Shown here in pieces: positions 12,501 through 25,042 of a stretch of DNA of 64,000 bases. This stretch comes from Marsupella aquatica. Lineage: Eukaryota > Plantae > Marchantiophyta. Within the stretch, counting starts at the first letter, position 1. The number at the start of each line of letters is the position of its first letter. The position numbers were made by a program, and so were the translations under genes. The notes beneath the pieces were generated by a model, which was given only the letters and a program-made list of their open reading frames with translations, was not told where the DNA came from and did no database searches. The stretch is from the NCBI GenBank assembly GCA_973895155.1, contig OZ316893.1, positions 15,468,645 through 15,532,644 of the forward strand. The letters are read 5' to 3'.

Positions 12501-14712
12501 GAAGCTTACAATGATTGGTGATAAACAGCACCGATCAATTCACATGAAAAGGGAGACTTTGGAGAAACTTTGTGGACACATTGGAGTTCAATTGTGTGTG
12601 TACAAATGGCGTTTCTAATTATCCAGTAAATTTTTCTATAAAATGATTGCCAAGATACTTGGATAGACTGCAACAATTTTCAAAATGTTTTTTTGTCAGA
12701 TGACACCTTTCAGATAAGAACATGCTCACATGTTTGGTTCATAGGAGTTCTTAGGCTAAGCCTTGTAGTGCATTCAAGCATCCATTTACATTTTCGATTG
12801 AAAATTTTGAAATTTAGTGAAATTGAAATACAAGTTTTGGACACACCATAGGGAATTGTGATGTCAATGCAAGTGGAGCACACAGTTGATTCTAGGAATT
12901 GAATTTTGTATCATTGTAATTTTGCAGAAATAAATTGTGCGTGTTCTCCATGCGTTATGCCTTGCTTCCATTCCGTCCAAAATTGACAAAGAAGATCCTT
13001 TCTCTCGCACACCTACTTTAGGGAATGACCAGTTTGGATAGAATAATCTTCCCATGCCTTCTACTCAATACTCCAAAGCTTATTTAGGTGTCCCAAACTA
13101 CTGGAACACGGACAAGCCCTTTTTCTATAGTGGCTTTTAATATATCCCTTGTCTTCTTCTATTGCTCACTAGAAAATCTCACAACGGTTAATTCGATCCA
13201 GCATGTCTTTGACACTAGAATTAAACTTTATGAGAGACGGTTCAAAAGGCCTAGCCAACATGTCTAATTGCAAAGGAAGGACCTCAGTAAGGACTCTCCT
13301 TGAATCAGTCAAGCTCAAACGAAAGCAGTCTGTGGCGAAGTTTCATTGTATTTGACATAAAACAACAAGTTTTTATTCACCAACAAAAACCCTAAAGACA
13401 TTCCACGGTGATCCACACTTCAGGGGGACAATACCAATGTTAAGACCCTCCCGGCCCTGGAAAAAGATCGAGCGTGCCAGCAGGGCGGGAAAGTGAAAGT
13501 GGCCAGCAGTGTAATACTGAGCCTCACGTCAAAAGCTCCTCGACAGAGTTCAAACTCCGCCAGCAGAAGCGTTAATGTTTTACTATGTATCAATTATATC
13601 TGGTCTGGTCATTCCTACAGGAGGTGTGCAGCATGTGTAATTACCTACCTTATTGTTTCTCTTGCATGCTCTACCTTGTTCTGTACACAGGCTTTGGAAT
13701 AAAATTTGGAGAGGACAAACATGATTGATTGTAAATTGTCCTGACCAGTCTATATGCAGGTCCTGATCCTTGTCCTCCTTCTCCCTTTTCTTTTTATCGT
13801 GGAACACATTATCTTCATTGAAAGGAAATCGAAGATAAGGAAAAGTCTGTTTAAGGCTTGCCTGGATTGGAAAAGCATTGCTCTGTGAAGAACATGGTTT
13901 AGACGTAGTTGGCTTAGGCATGCATGCGTGCTTGGGAATAATACGATTGAAGTCATTGTCCCACTGCTGAAAGCTACACTGCTCGAGATCAATTATTACT
14001 CTGCGATTCACATATCTGGTTACAATTAGTTCAATCACTAAATACAGAGTGCTCATTGACGACACAATGGTGACACATGTGAATTTAAATTATTGTACTC
14101 CTGAAATGCAACATTGCTCGAAATCATTTTGCGATTTGAACATCTTGTTACAATTCAATCTCTCTATACAGAACACTTAGTGACGACACAACTGACACCT
14201 GTGACACATGTGACTGTAAATCATAAATCATGGACATTGAAGGCCTGCATGGGATTTGGAATAAAATTTTAAAAACCGGTAATACCGATCAGTATAACTA
14301 TTCAGTTAAAACTAACTTTGCATAATTATGGTGAACTGTGGACAACTGAGAAATTCGAAAGACGTCAAAACAGATGATTGGCAAATTCTTCCAAATAATT
14401 TTTGGGCCGTTCGAAACCAGCATCCTTGAAAATTTAATGTTGTCACTGGCTAAGCTATTTCCACAAAAGCGCCGGGAAATGCTTCTAACATAGATATACA
14501 GTCTTGAGTGTAAGAGAAACTTACTCGACATTTTATGTTGGACTTCCGAAGACAGAATCCAGGGTCCACGATGCAACAGACTGTTCGGACACCGACTGTT
14601 GGGACAGTGACAGGGTGATTATTTTCTGATGTGTCAATGCTCTCCATATATGTACGTAATCTGCACGGAAGGGATCCCCGATTGCACTCTGAAAATAGTC
14701 GGAGATGAACTC

Positions 14713-14759
14713 ATCGGGGCTGCTCACAACAAAATGTCAAAATTGTGAGCAGCCCCGAT
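14713..14759. repeat. Perfect 17-bp inverted repeat (hairpin) with 13-nt loop
   Basis: ATCGGGGCTGCTCACAA (14713-14729) and TTGTGAGCAGCCCCGAT (14743-14759). Confidence 0.9.
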
Positions 14760-17299
14760 AAAACCCATGCCCAGCTGGTGATCTGAAGTAGTGGCAAAAC
14801 GAGCAATATAGGGCAAGAGCTGCGAAAAGTGCTAGATGAGAATTGTTTGTTTGGTTCATAAGTCATTGTTTTGCCTACTTCCCCTCCCGCTTCCCCGCTT
14901 CCCCGCTAGCGAGGCTTATAAACATTAAAAAATACTTTTGAGTAAATTAATTGTATTTTGGTATTTTAATAAATTACTTGAGTCAGTATGAGTAAAATGT
15001 GAAGCACTCAATTTACTCAATGTTTCATGGTTATAATTTACTCAATGTTTCATAAAACCATGAAGGCCAAATTAGGTATTTATATAAAAACTAAATGTAC
15101 TTTATATTTTATCTTTTTATTGAACTTTAAAAAATGGTTGAAATATTGGGGAATGGAACAAAGCTCTAAGTAATGGCCCCTAACAAAGTATCTTTAAGAC
15201 ATGACAGGGAAAATCTTTGGACAGAAGTGATAATTTGGTTATTGACATTGACTGTACTTTAGGGAGACTTGATAGTGACTGTACTTTATGGAGACTGTAC
15301 TTTATGGACAGGAAAATAAACACTAATATTCATGCACATTTTTATGTTTTAACTAGTCCATCTAAGTTTCATTTATCCATGGGGTTTTATGGACAACCTC
15401 TCGGTTCATCCCGGCTTTAAGTTACTAGAATGATGTAACTATATTGACTTTGTATTGAGAGAAGGTCTCCCCCTCCCCTATTTCATTCGCACTGTCTTTT
15501 CCTGACAGCGGGTGTCTGTGGATCTTCAACAGGGCCAAACATTCACCCTCCTTCGTAGGGCTGAGGCAGTTGGTTTAGGGCCTCCCGTCAGGTTCTGTTT
15601 CGTGACCCTCCTATGCGGTTTACTCCAGAGCGCCTTTTAGTTCTTCGCACAATAGGGTGTTAGCCTTCACGGCTCCTTTGTAGATTACTTTTTGTCCTTA
15701 TTCCTTCTTTGGCTTTTGGTTGGGGACCCCTTGGCTTGTCTTCTTGAGGCTCTTTCCCCTCTTTTCCTGCCCTTCATTAGGTTCTTTTGTCTTTGGGATC
15801 ATGTCTCCCAATTCTACCTTTTATACTTTTGTGCACTGTGATACTATGTAATCTCAGTAATTTAATTCTCTCATTATTACATAGGACTGTCATGCAATAC
15901 TGTATGGAGTATATAACATTAATTTCTTATGCATGGATGGTAGAGGGTGGACCATGTATCCATGGATGGTAATGAGTTGCCTTTGTTCTATTTGCTTGGA
16001 AAGCCGTGCATTACGTTTTCCCTACACTAAATATAATTCACTTTTTGCTTTATTCCTGCCACTTTTTCCAGTTTAGTTTTTTTACCTACACCAAATATAA
16101 TTCACTTTTACCTTTATTCCTTACACTTTTTCCAGTTTAGTTTTCTTCACCCAAAATGCCCTGCCAAATTTGGAAGACTACCACATACATCACAAAAGGA
16201 TGCAACTTTATATATTATAGTTTTTGATGAGTCAAATGTTCACAAAAACCAGACCCTGCCTAGAGAGGCATGGCTGAGTGTGCATGTGATAATTCACTTG
16301 AGTGGAGACTGATTGGTGTTGTGACTGACTTTTCCTTAAAAAACAAAACAAAACTTCATACAACAAAACTAGACCCTAATTTGTAGTGAGACTCTCAATT
16401 CTCAATGGAATTTCATCATGTTAGGCTGAGAAAGATCTTCCAAGAAACTTGCAACAAAACCTGTCCAATTTTATTTATTTTTAATTTGATATCGAGGGAG
16501 ATCCGGAATGTGGAAGTTAGCTGCAGTTCAATAAATTCAGAAGCTCAAATCGTAGATTGTGAGTGATGTCAGAAATTTAAGAATTTCAGTAAAAGCAGCT
16601 TTCAAAACACAAAAGAATTGTTAAATGTTAAAATTTAGTATCCAAAGTTGCAAAACAAACCCCTTACGCCTGATATGGACCATGTTCTTCAAACCTCCAC
16701 CAAACCTTCTTCCACAACTGAACTCCTGTATCGGTCCAATTCTGATGAGGTTGACATTTGTGATTTGATAGATACTAAACTACCGATCGATATCAGTGTC
16801 CCCTCATCAAATTCTACGGCGCCACCAGTGACGGTCGATCAATCATGGTTATACATGTTGCGGACACAAGTACACAAGTGAATCATCTAACGAGGAGTCA
16901 AAATGATATTCTGGGGGATCTAGGTAGATTCCACTGGGAATGTTGTCCGGAACATGATATGGACATGTAGGTACACATCACCTTTTTAGCGTTCCCAAAC
17001 TAGAAGACAAAACATAGAGAAAAATCATGAAATCACATGGCTGAAAGCACTGTATGAGATCGGCCTCCGCGAACGCCAAAGCTTATAGTTTCGGGCTCGG
17101 TGTTTTTACTGTCAGGAAACTAGGTGCATGCACCAAGTTTCAGGGAGCGCATTCCAGTGCAGTATCTGACGTGGAGTGCATTTAGCAACGTTTTGGATTC
17201 CCTGTGTGAGATATGTAAGGAAGGTAATATAGGCACTTGCTACTAACCAGAAAATACATATGCTGATTGAATTGTTGTTGAAAGCTGTGTGTACTCAAG

Positions 17300-17727
17300 A
17301 TGAATATTCTCAAGATCACTAAATACATCCTAGGACTCGACTTTGGCACTTCTTTCTCGGGATTCGCATATGCTCTCATATCGAAGCCAGAATAAACTTA
17401 TTTCTATCAATGTCTTAATAGACTCTGGTTCCAAGACGATGAACTTATTTTCTATCGGTGGGATAATGGTCAGCCCAAATGGTAGGACACGAGCGATTTT
17501 AGAATAGAAATATCGAACACCTGCATAAGCTAGACATGCTGACAGTCACTAAAAGCATTCTTTCTTCAGCGAAAACATCAGCGACCGACCTTCCCGAAGC
17601 ACTTCTTGAAGGACTATATCCGATCGATAATCGGAGGAAGTTTTCAGAATTATTTATCAGCGACGCTCTTAAAAACAGTCTCGGCAGTCATATCACCATA
17701 GAAGACATTCAATGGTGCATAACAGTG
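17300..17727 (+). pseudogene. Truncated paralog of the HSPA12-like Hsp70 gene
   Basis: MNILKITKYILGLDFGTSFSGFAYALISKPE* and DLPEAL...KNSLGSHITIEDIQWCITV align with VVVGVDFGTTFSGFAFALTSKPDE and ELPEGL...SRMGAHITMEDVQWCLTV of 23137..24984. Confidence 0.85.
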
Positions 17728-20649
17728 ATAGGGAAATTGATAGCGAAATTGCTTTTGCCGCTCCCTGAGTGCCGTCCTTGCCGGGCTTGGGAGTGTTGTG
17801 CGCTGTTTCTCTTCTCTTTGTAGCTACTTGGCATGTTGTACTGATAGAATTAGATGGATTTGATCTCGCTTGCCAGGAAAGAAATCAAAAGATGTTGCTT
17901 AGAAAATTCAAGAACAGAAAATTGTTTCTTGGCATAGACTACCCACGGAACCACACTACTCACCCGTAGCTGGTAAAACTATCAGGGTGCTGATTTGCAC
18001 CCTGGGGCCTTGTCAAAAAGTGCTGTAAGCTGCACTACAGGTACTGTAGCTAAGCATGTGTTGAATCCATGTTTTACACTTCATAACCAACGTCCTCACG
18101 CAAAAACCTCAGGCTATGATGAGTCCAGCCAACAAACTCTGGAGCTCCGTCTATGGATACAGTGTTCATATGTAGTGTTCGTTGGATTGAGTCCCTGTAT
18201 ACTGTAACTCTAAAAATGCTCCGTACGATGGACTCAAACATGTCTTGTATGCCCAGACACTGTTCGCCACTGACACAAATCCTTGGACCAACTTTCGACT
18301 TCTAGCCTTTCTAGCTTCTTACAAGGCCTTGCCGCTTGCCTAGCTTCTTACAAGGCGTTGCCGCTTGCCTATGAAAGGTGATCACCACCAGACTATGAGA
18401 GTCTGTTCCTTGGATTTAAATTTCGTTTCACTAAAAAAATCGAAAGATTGCCACAATTCGAAGAAAGCAGAGGTTTTCGCGGCAAATTGTATCGGAAAGT
18501 GAAATTCGTGAAACTTCATCGTAGTCAAACCTGCTCGAACACAAATCACGCAAAGGGGATTCCAGATGCTGCTATCCGTTCATCTCCGTCAGGGCTGCCA
18601 AGCAAATAGGATAGGATAACGGACAACCAACAAACACACGAACTGAGCTAGCAAACGATATGAAATCACCTGGCCGGCCAGTTAGAGGATCAATCCAGGA
18701 TTGTGGCTCCACGTACGGGAATACAATGACCGCGGTGACACTCTTGAACATGTCGCCTTCACGATACATTGATCTTCGAGAAATTTCTTTCCAAATCTAT
18801 GCTCATCATGACTTCGATTCCAGGATGTCGATCGGTGAGCGAACTCAGGTTGTACTCAGCTATCCTGACTTTGACGTGCTCGATTATCTCCGCGAAAAAT
18901 TTGTTCAAACGAACTGTACTGTAAAGGCGCTAACGATCATGAGTCCGATAATCTTTGCGATATTACAATTAGCTGTCAATTCACCCGTGTAGGTACCGGT
19001 AGCTCAAACTTACAAGCAGTATTTGTACTGTGAAGGCGATACCCAGCGAGCGTGAGCGTCACTCGATCCCATAGGGTGAGGACTTTGGACGTACCCTATG
19101 GGAGTGGCGCCAGGCTCCTGTGTATCTCCATTAGAGTACTTAAACTTGTAGTTAGTTAAGGTACTGTCATCGAGAAGTTGCCCTAGCCAAGATATGAGAT
19201 GGAAATTTGTGTTATCAGTAAACTTAATCATATACTCAAAGCTTCATTTCCGTAGTAGTCCGTTTGAGCATTTGTTTTCTGAATCAAGCATAAGTGGCTT
19301 GGATAGGTTACTTAATGCAAGAGAACATTTATTTTTCAGAACATTCTGGAACCATATTATAGCTGTTAACATTTATGAGGTATCTTTGCTCTCAGGTTGC
19401 CCCAATAGACATACTAGCTACCGTGCAAAATCAAGGTTTTCAAAAAAATGAGCTTGGAGTTACATTTTGTAATGAACACATTTGGACTTGACAATGTTCG
19501 CTACAGCAGATCTATGGTACTAATGCAAAGATTCCAAATTAACTTCTTGTTATATTTTGTCCCACATCTTGATTTGAAAATGTTCACAACGCTACAGTAG
19601 ATCTATGGATTGGTGCTAATCATCTAGACTGAAACTACGGCCTCCAGTCCCCTTGAACTGGTCAATAAAATTGATCAGCTTCAGAACTAATAGAACTCTT
19701 CGACTTTCGAATGCACGTTTGTGTAGAGAAAAATCTTGTCAAGTCTCCTGCTTGACGACGAGTTTCAAAGCCCAGCAAGAGCTCTGCTACTGAGAATGTA
19801 AACTGAGAATGTAATTAAGGATCAATATTAGATGACTTTGTCGATTGCAAAGCGTTATGATACTTCAAGCAAAGGCCAAGGACAGCTCTGACTTGTTTCT
19901 CGCGATCAGCCTGCGATCACGGCTTTATAGGGTACGTACACCCTTGGGATCAATTGAGCTTTTGGGGGGCCACGGTAATATTTCTATTATGTCGCGACTG
20001 CTTTACGTTCAACGAGGATCTCTATGTGCCATGGACATCAGTTGTTTACGTTGAGCGAAGATTGTATAATATAGTGGAATGAACATTCGACTGAGTGTTA
20101 ATGTGGCTTGTGTAGATATATGGATCTTGCAGTCATTTTAAATGTACCTGAATAAATTCCAACAGATCATAACACATAACAACAAGTGACTTGGACCGGA
20201 TATAGCAGTGTGAAAAAAGAGACTGAGTAGCCCAATGTGCTCCAAAGCTGACAATCCAGCTCTTTACGCAGGAGAATCTGTGAGCAGGCCAGACCAGACA
20301 TCAAGATCGAGACGGAAAGTTCTGAACTAAATAGAAATAATATGAATGTCATTAAACTCACAGATGAATCCATAGATTCACTTCTAACAAAAGTGGGTGA
20401 ACCAAGCCCCATGACATCCTTTTCAAACGGAAGTATGTACGAGCTCAATATTTAAAATCTCGATTTTCAGATCATAACTTCCAGCTTGCTAGCGCTGGCA
20501 GACACTCGATCTAAAACTGCCAAGGCACCGATCAAAATATCTACTTAGTGTAACGAAATCCAGGATCTCTCGAGCACCCACATGATCGGTATGCTGTAAG
20601 AAGCTGCTGCATTACTAAGCACCAGTCAGGTGTGTACATTAAAAAAAAC

Positions 20650-21828
20650 TTAGTCGAAGCGACTATCCTCCACAGCTAGATAAATCTGGCATTTGAAGAT
20701 GGACTTCCTGAGTCGAAAGCCAGGACAAATCATAAAGCCCACCTTAGAGACAAATCGCTCATCGTCATGGATTGACACGACACTGTCCATGTATTCTGTG
20801 TGCAACTCGGTTTCCTGGCTAGGTCTAAAGATCCCGACATGAGTTTGAAAGGAATAGGAAAGTTTATGCAAAGACCAAACTCTCTTCGCCACTGCTGAAA
20901 AGCTTTCCATCAGCCGAACTGTTGCCTCCCCAGCTCCTGGGCTTTCAAGAGCATTAATTGAGAGGTTCGCGACGGTAGCCTGATCAGAAGATTGCCACAA
21001 GGACAGGAAAACTCGTATTTTTTGACGACGGAATTCCTCAAACCAGTCCTCCGCACGCTTATCAATAGCAGAAGCATTAACTTCTAGAAGCTGAAAATAC
21101 TCAAACGACTTCAGCCTCCGTTCGGTCTCATCCAGGAAAATGGAGGTACCTCCACAGCAAAACATCTCGTTCTCAAAATCTCGGAACAGTGTTTCAAAAG
21201 TCCAGGCCCTGAGCAGGTATGTCACATGACCCGGTCGTGCGAGATACGCGTTTTGAAAATGCTTTCTCAGACCGGAATTGACTTTATCCAGACTATGCAT
21301 CCTAGCATACTGAAAAAAGACTTTAGTGAAACTTGCTGCAGCAGTCTGTATGGCATTTAGCGAAGTTTCAAAAATGAAGGGTGTTGCTGCACCATCCGTG
21401 TACGACCCACACCCTTCTAATTCTTTGCATAGCTGCTGCTGCATTTTGGCCACCTTTGCTTCTAATTCGAGTCTGACTTGCTCACCTTTGATGGCATTGC
21501 TTTCGAGTCTCTTGATCTGTTGATTGTTGTCACTCAATTGTAACTGGCATGAATGAAGCTCTTCCTCTAGAAGCATCCTGTCATCATTCTGCTCAACAGC
21601 AGAGTCGGGGTGGCTCAGTTTGGCTCGTTTCCCGGTGGACGTTTTCTCGGCTTCAATTCTCTTTTCATTGCCACTGGAATTGAACTCACGAACACTTCTG
21701 AACTTCTCATCTGCTCCGGAGCCCGCGTTCGAAGTTGGAAGTTCTCCCGACCTTTTCGTTCCCGCAAGACGTGTCTGAGCTCCCTCATTGCCTATTTTAT
21801 CTCCACAGTGCCCGCCACAGTGAACCAT
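20650..21828 (-). CDS. GIL1/IRK-interacting (DUF641-family) coiled-coil protein
   Basis: Long ORF with a central coiled coil and the family C-terminal motif WSLHKLSYSF...IF...YMDSVV...VGFMICPGFRL...KCQIYL. The likely start is ATG 21828, just after a splice acceptor (ttacag near 21841). Probable 5' UTR exons lie at ~22100-22420. Confidence 0.8.
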   Translation of the reverse strand: MVHCGGHCGDKIGNEGAQTRLAGTKRSGELPTSNAGSGADEKFRSVREFNSSGNEKRIEAEKTSTGKRAKLSHPDSAVEQNDDRMLLEEELHSCQLQLSDNNQQIKRLESNAIKGEQVRLELEAKVAKMQQQLCKELEGCGSYTDGAATPFIFETSLNAIQTAAASFTKVFFQYARMHSLDKVNSGLRKHFQNAYLARPGHVTYLLRAWTFETLFRDFENEMFCCGGTSIFLDETERRLKSFEYFQLLEVNASAIDKRAEDWFEEFRRQKIRVFLSLWQSSDQATVANLSINALESPGAGEATVRLMESFSAVAKRVWSLHKLSYSFQTHVGIFRPSQETELHTEYMDSVVSIHDDERFVSKVGFMICPGFRLRKSIFKCQIYLAVEDSRFD

Positions 21829-23136
21829 CTTTTGAAACACCTGTAATACAGAAAGACATCTTAGACTACATTCGTTATACATATTTGAGTGATCACTCGG
21901 CTTCCAACTAGATATAAAGTTGGTCGATAGCAGTTGTTGGAGCTTCCACATAAGGCAGAATCTATGCTCCGTATATGCTCCGTATATGCTCAGATAGATG
22001 AATACAGGACGTGATTAATTGGAATTGGATACCACAAACTCGTACATATGGAGGCCATGTAATGTGAATGTGAGCTGTGTGAAAACGAAACAATCATAAG
22101 AGTACCTTCTCTAGGAAGGGGATAGTTTTCTTCGCGTAATTCATCGAGACAAAAGGAAGTTTGGAATAGTAGGGCAAAACGTGCACTATCTCCAATTTAA
22201 TTCAGCTCCCTGTTTTGACTCTCGTCAGATCAAAAAGTGTGATGGTGTCTTGATCAGCCTGCCTGCAGAATTAATGAAGACCAAATTAACGATATTGAGC
22301 GAAGAAGCGCTTGGAAATGTACGTACCAGAAGCTTAAAGTCTTTGAAAATTGAACAGAAGCGAAAAACAGGCTCTAATATCGGAACAATGAGGTAACTGA
22401 TAATGAGATCGTTCATGGGGAGCGAACTCTAGGACACTTGCCGAGTGAGCGCGAGCACAGAAGGATCCAGAACTAGTCAGTCATTGAAAACCTTCAAGGT
22501 CTCAGATTCCAGAGCTGAAACTTCCTCGACGGCCTTTCTAAGGCCGAGTTGAGTTCTAATCGTGGTGCATGCCTACTATTTGTCAATTCGATCATATCGC
22601 TTTGCTGCTTCCAGGTCTACAACTAATCTACCATACGTACAATCAAGCTAAAAGTACCGGCTCCTCGAAAATTCGATTAATTCACTTCAGACAACCGTGA
22701 ACCTCACGATGGCGGTTGTACGTGTACGTTTAGTCTGTACCTGAGGTACCCTAGCCTCATACTTTCAATGATTACATCAATCACCTCAAGTCAATTACAG
22801 CCACGGCGGCGACAACGTACAATGGTATGTTGGAGCCAGTCGTGCTAGCCATGTCTTCATGATACCGTATAGTCTTTTGATCCGGTCGACCATGATGCAC
22901 ATGGCATCGATTTAACCTAAGCATCACATCGTGGCATCATTTTGAATTATAAATACTCCTTTTTGTAATTGAGGAAACACTCTAGCTCGGTGAGACATGA
23001 TATGAGTCCGAAACTTGCCGCTGGACCAGTCTTTTCTTAGAAGCGGATTTTTGCAGACAGAAGAAGGAACAAAGTAGGCAATTAGCCATCTATTCCCAAC
23101 TTTCGGCCTCGTCGTCAGGTCCTGGTCTTCGCGAAA

Positions 23137-24984
23137 ATGAATCTTCTGAGCATCAGTAGATCGAGGGCCAAAGTGGTTGTCGGGGTAGATTTCGGCACTA
23201 CGTTTTCTGGATTTGCGTTTGCTCTCACGTCGAAGCCGGATGAAGTGCACAAATTCTACGAGTGGCCTGATGTGGGAGCGGCAGGAGGAGTGAATTATTG
23301 TAAGACACAGTCGAGTATGTTGTACGAAGCGGGACAAAGTCCAGGTTCCTACGTCTTGAAGGACTGGGGATATTCCGCACTTGTCCAACATATGCGGGGA
23401 ATTAGACCTCAACGGCCCGAGCAGATAACTTCCGGCGATAATGCGCTTGGCATTACAAATCAACTTCTTCCAGTTCCTGGACAGGAATTTGCAACGAGAC
23501 CGGCGTCATATTTTCTCACTTTGTTCAAGCTCCATCTGGTCGAATCTGGAAGGACATGTACAGCACCGGCAGAGCTTCCGGAAGGTCTCACAGTAAGGCG
23601 AGTCATCTCCGACTATCTCCGCAAGCTCTCGGAGTTTGCAATGCAAGCAGTCCAAAGTCGCATGGGCGCTCACATCACGATGGAAGATGTGCAATGGTGC
23701 CTCACTGTCCCTGCAATTTGGGATGATCGATCCAAACAAGAGATGAAAATTTGTGCATCCATGGCGGGCATGACGAAAGGTCCAGATTGTCCATTGGATT
23801 CTGCGGAATCCGCAAGTCCACATCCTGTGATAATTGTAATAGAGCCAGAAGCTGCATCCTTCTATTGCCAAAAGAAGGTTCCGTTGGGTCTCAGTGAGGG
23901 AGACAAGTTCTTAATCGTCGACGTTGGTGGAGGAACTGTCGACTTGGTGCTGCACCAGAAAATCGGTGCAGGCTCCGGCCTGAAGGTCCGAGAAGTGTCC
24001 CCAAGTTCTGGTGGGCTCTTCGGCGGATCGTTTGTCGACAAAGCTTTTTTTAATTTTCTGAGTCGGAAGATCGGCTGTTTTAATGAGTTTGCTCGGACTC
24101 ATACCGACTCAGTCCTTAAATTGAAGGGTTGGTGGGAAACCATCAAGTATGGATTCAATGGAAGTATGCACTTCCCCTATGACTTGGAGCTGCCAGCTCG
24201 CCTGGCGCGCGCATGGGAAGAGCATGAGTCTTCAAATAGCATACTTTCCAACATGACAGGCTCTTATGATGCTATCGAGTTATCCCTTGGAGATATGCTT
24301 AGTCTATTTGATCCGGTAGTTGATGAGATAATCAAGCTCATCGAGTCCATCATGATACCAGATTTGATGGCAATGATGATAGTCGGAGGTTTCTCAGGCT
24401 CTCCATATCTGATCGAAAGAATCAAGCAAGAATTCTCTACGAGAGTCGGAGCTATTGTGTTTCCGGACGAGCCAGGAGCTGCAATATGCTGCGGGGCAGT
24501 GTTGTTTGGGGTATATGGAGCAGACCTTGTATGTTCGAGGAAGTCGAAGAAAACATATGGGATCGACACTACTCGCCGGTTTTCCTCAGATGATCCTCGC
24601 CATTTGATGTTTCAGGATGACAATGGAGAAGCACTCTGTGCTGACGTTTTCTGTGCATACACAAAGACAAATGACGAAGTTCCGCTCGATCACTGTGTGA
24701 GTCACAGATTTTATCCTGTCAGTAAAAGTCAGACTGGGATGTCAATCAGCTTATTCTCAACTGCAGATCCTAATCCGAAATATGTGTGTGACCCTGGAGT
24801 CACCAAAGAGAGTACTTTCAGCATTACCTTCCCTAACGAGATCGAGCTAGGTAAAACGCCAGAAGTTTTAATTTCCATGTACTTTGGTCGCACCTTAATT
24901 GAAGTGGTAGCAGAGGGCCAGAACTTCGGCACCGGAGAAACTTTCAAAATGCCGAAGGTGAGTTTTGAGAAAAGCTTCGACTGA
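23137..24984 (+). CDS. Intronless atypical Hsp70 / actin-like ATPase of the HSPA12 type (615 aa)
   Basis: Motifs VGVDFGTTFSGFAF, WCLTVPAIWDD, IEPEAASFYC, IVDVGGGTVDL, GGSFVD, VGGFSGSPYL and YGI, with no C-terminal EEVD, are characteristic of the HSPA12-like subfamily. Confidence 0.9.
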   Translation: MNLLSISRSRAKVVVGVDFGTTFSGFAFALTSKPDEVHKFYEWPDVGAAGGVNYCKTQSSMLYEAGQSPGSYVLKDWGYSALVQHMRGIRPQRPEQITSGDNALGITNQLLPVPGQEFATRPASYFLTLFKLHLVESGRTCTAPAELPEGLTVRRVISDYLRKLSEFAMQAVQSRMGAHITMEDVQWCLTVPAIWDDRSKQEMKICASMAGMTKGPDCPLDSAESASPHPVIIVIEPEAASFYCQKKVPLGLSEGDKFLIVDVGGGTVDLVLHQKIGAGSGLKVREVSPSSGGLFGGSFVDKAFFNFLSRKIGCFNEFARTHTDSVLKLKGWWETIKYGFNGSMHFPYDLELPARLARAWEEHESSNSILSNMTGSYDAIELSLGDMLSLFDPVVDEIIKLIESIMIPDLMAMMIVGGFSGSPYLIERIKQEFSTRVGAIVFPDEPGAAICCGAVLFGVYGADLVCSRKSKKTYGIDTTRRFSSDDPRHLMFQDDNGEALCADVFCAYTKTNDEVPLDHCVSHRFYPVSKSQTGMSISLFSTADPNPKYVCDPGVTKESTFSITFPNEIELGKTPEVLISMYFGRTLIEVVAEGQNFGTGETFKMPKVSFEKSFD

Positions 24985-25042
24985 TGGTTTCCGTGATGAA
25001 TAGTTTTGAGAAAAGCTTCGACTGATGGTCTCCGTGATGAAT
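24961..25042 (+). repeat. 41-bp tandem duplication spanning the Hsp70 stop codon
   Basis: agttttgagaaaagcttcgactgatggt(t/c)tccgtgatgaat occurs twice with one mismatch. Confidence 0.9.

Noticed and set aside
13583-14065. Possible MULE SWIM zinc-finger remnant (VIIDLEQCSFQQW...IIPKHAC)
   Set aside because: Two of the expected Cys residues are missing, and no other MULE motifs or TIRs were found.
21829-21951. N-terminal 41 codons of ORF 20650..21951
   Set aside because: Most of this lies upstream of a good splice acceptor near 21841, so it is probably intron/UTR read-through.
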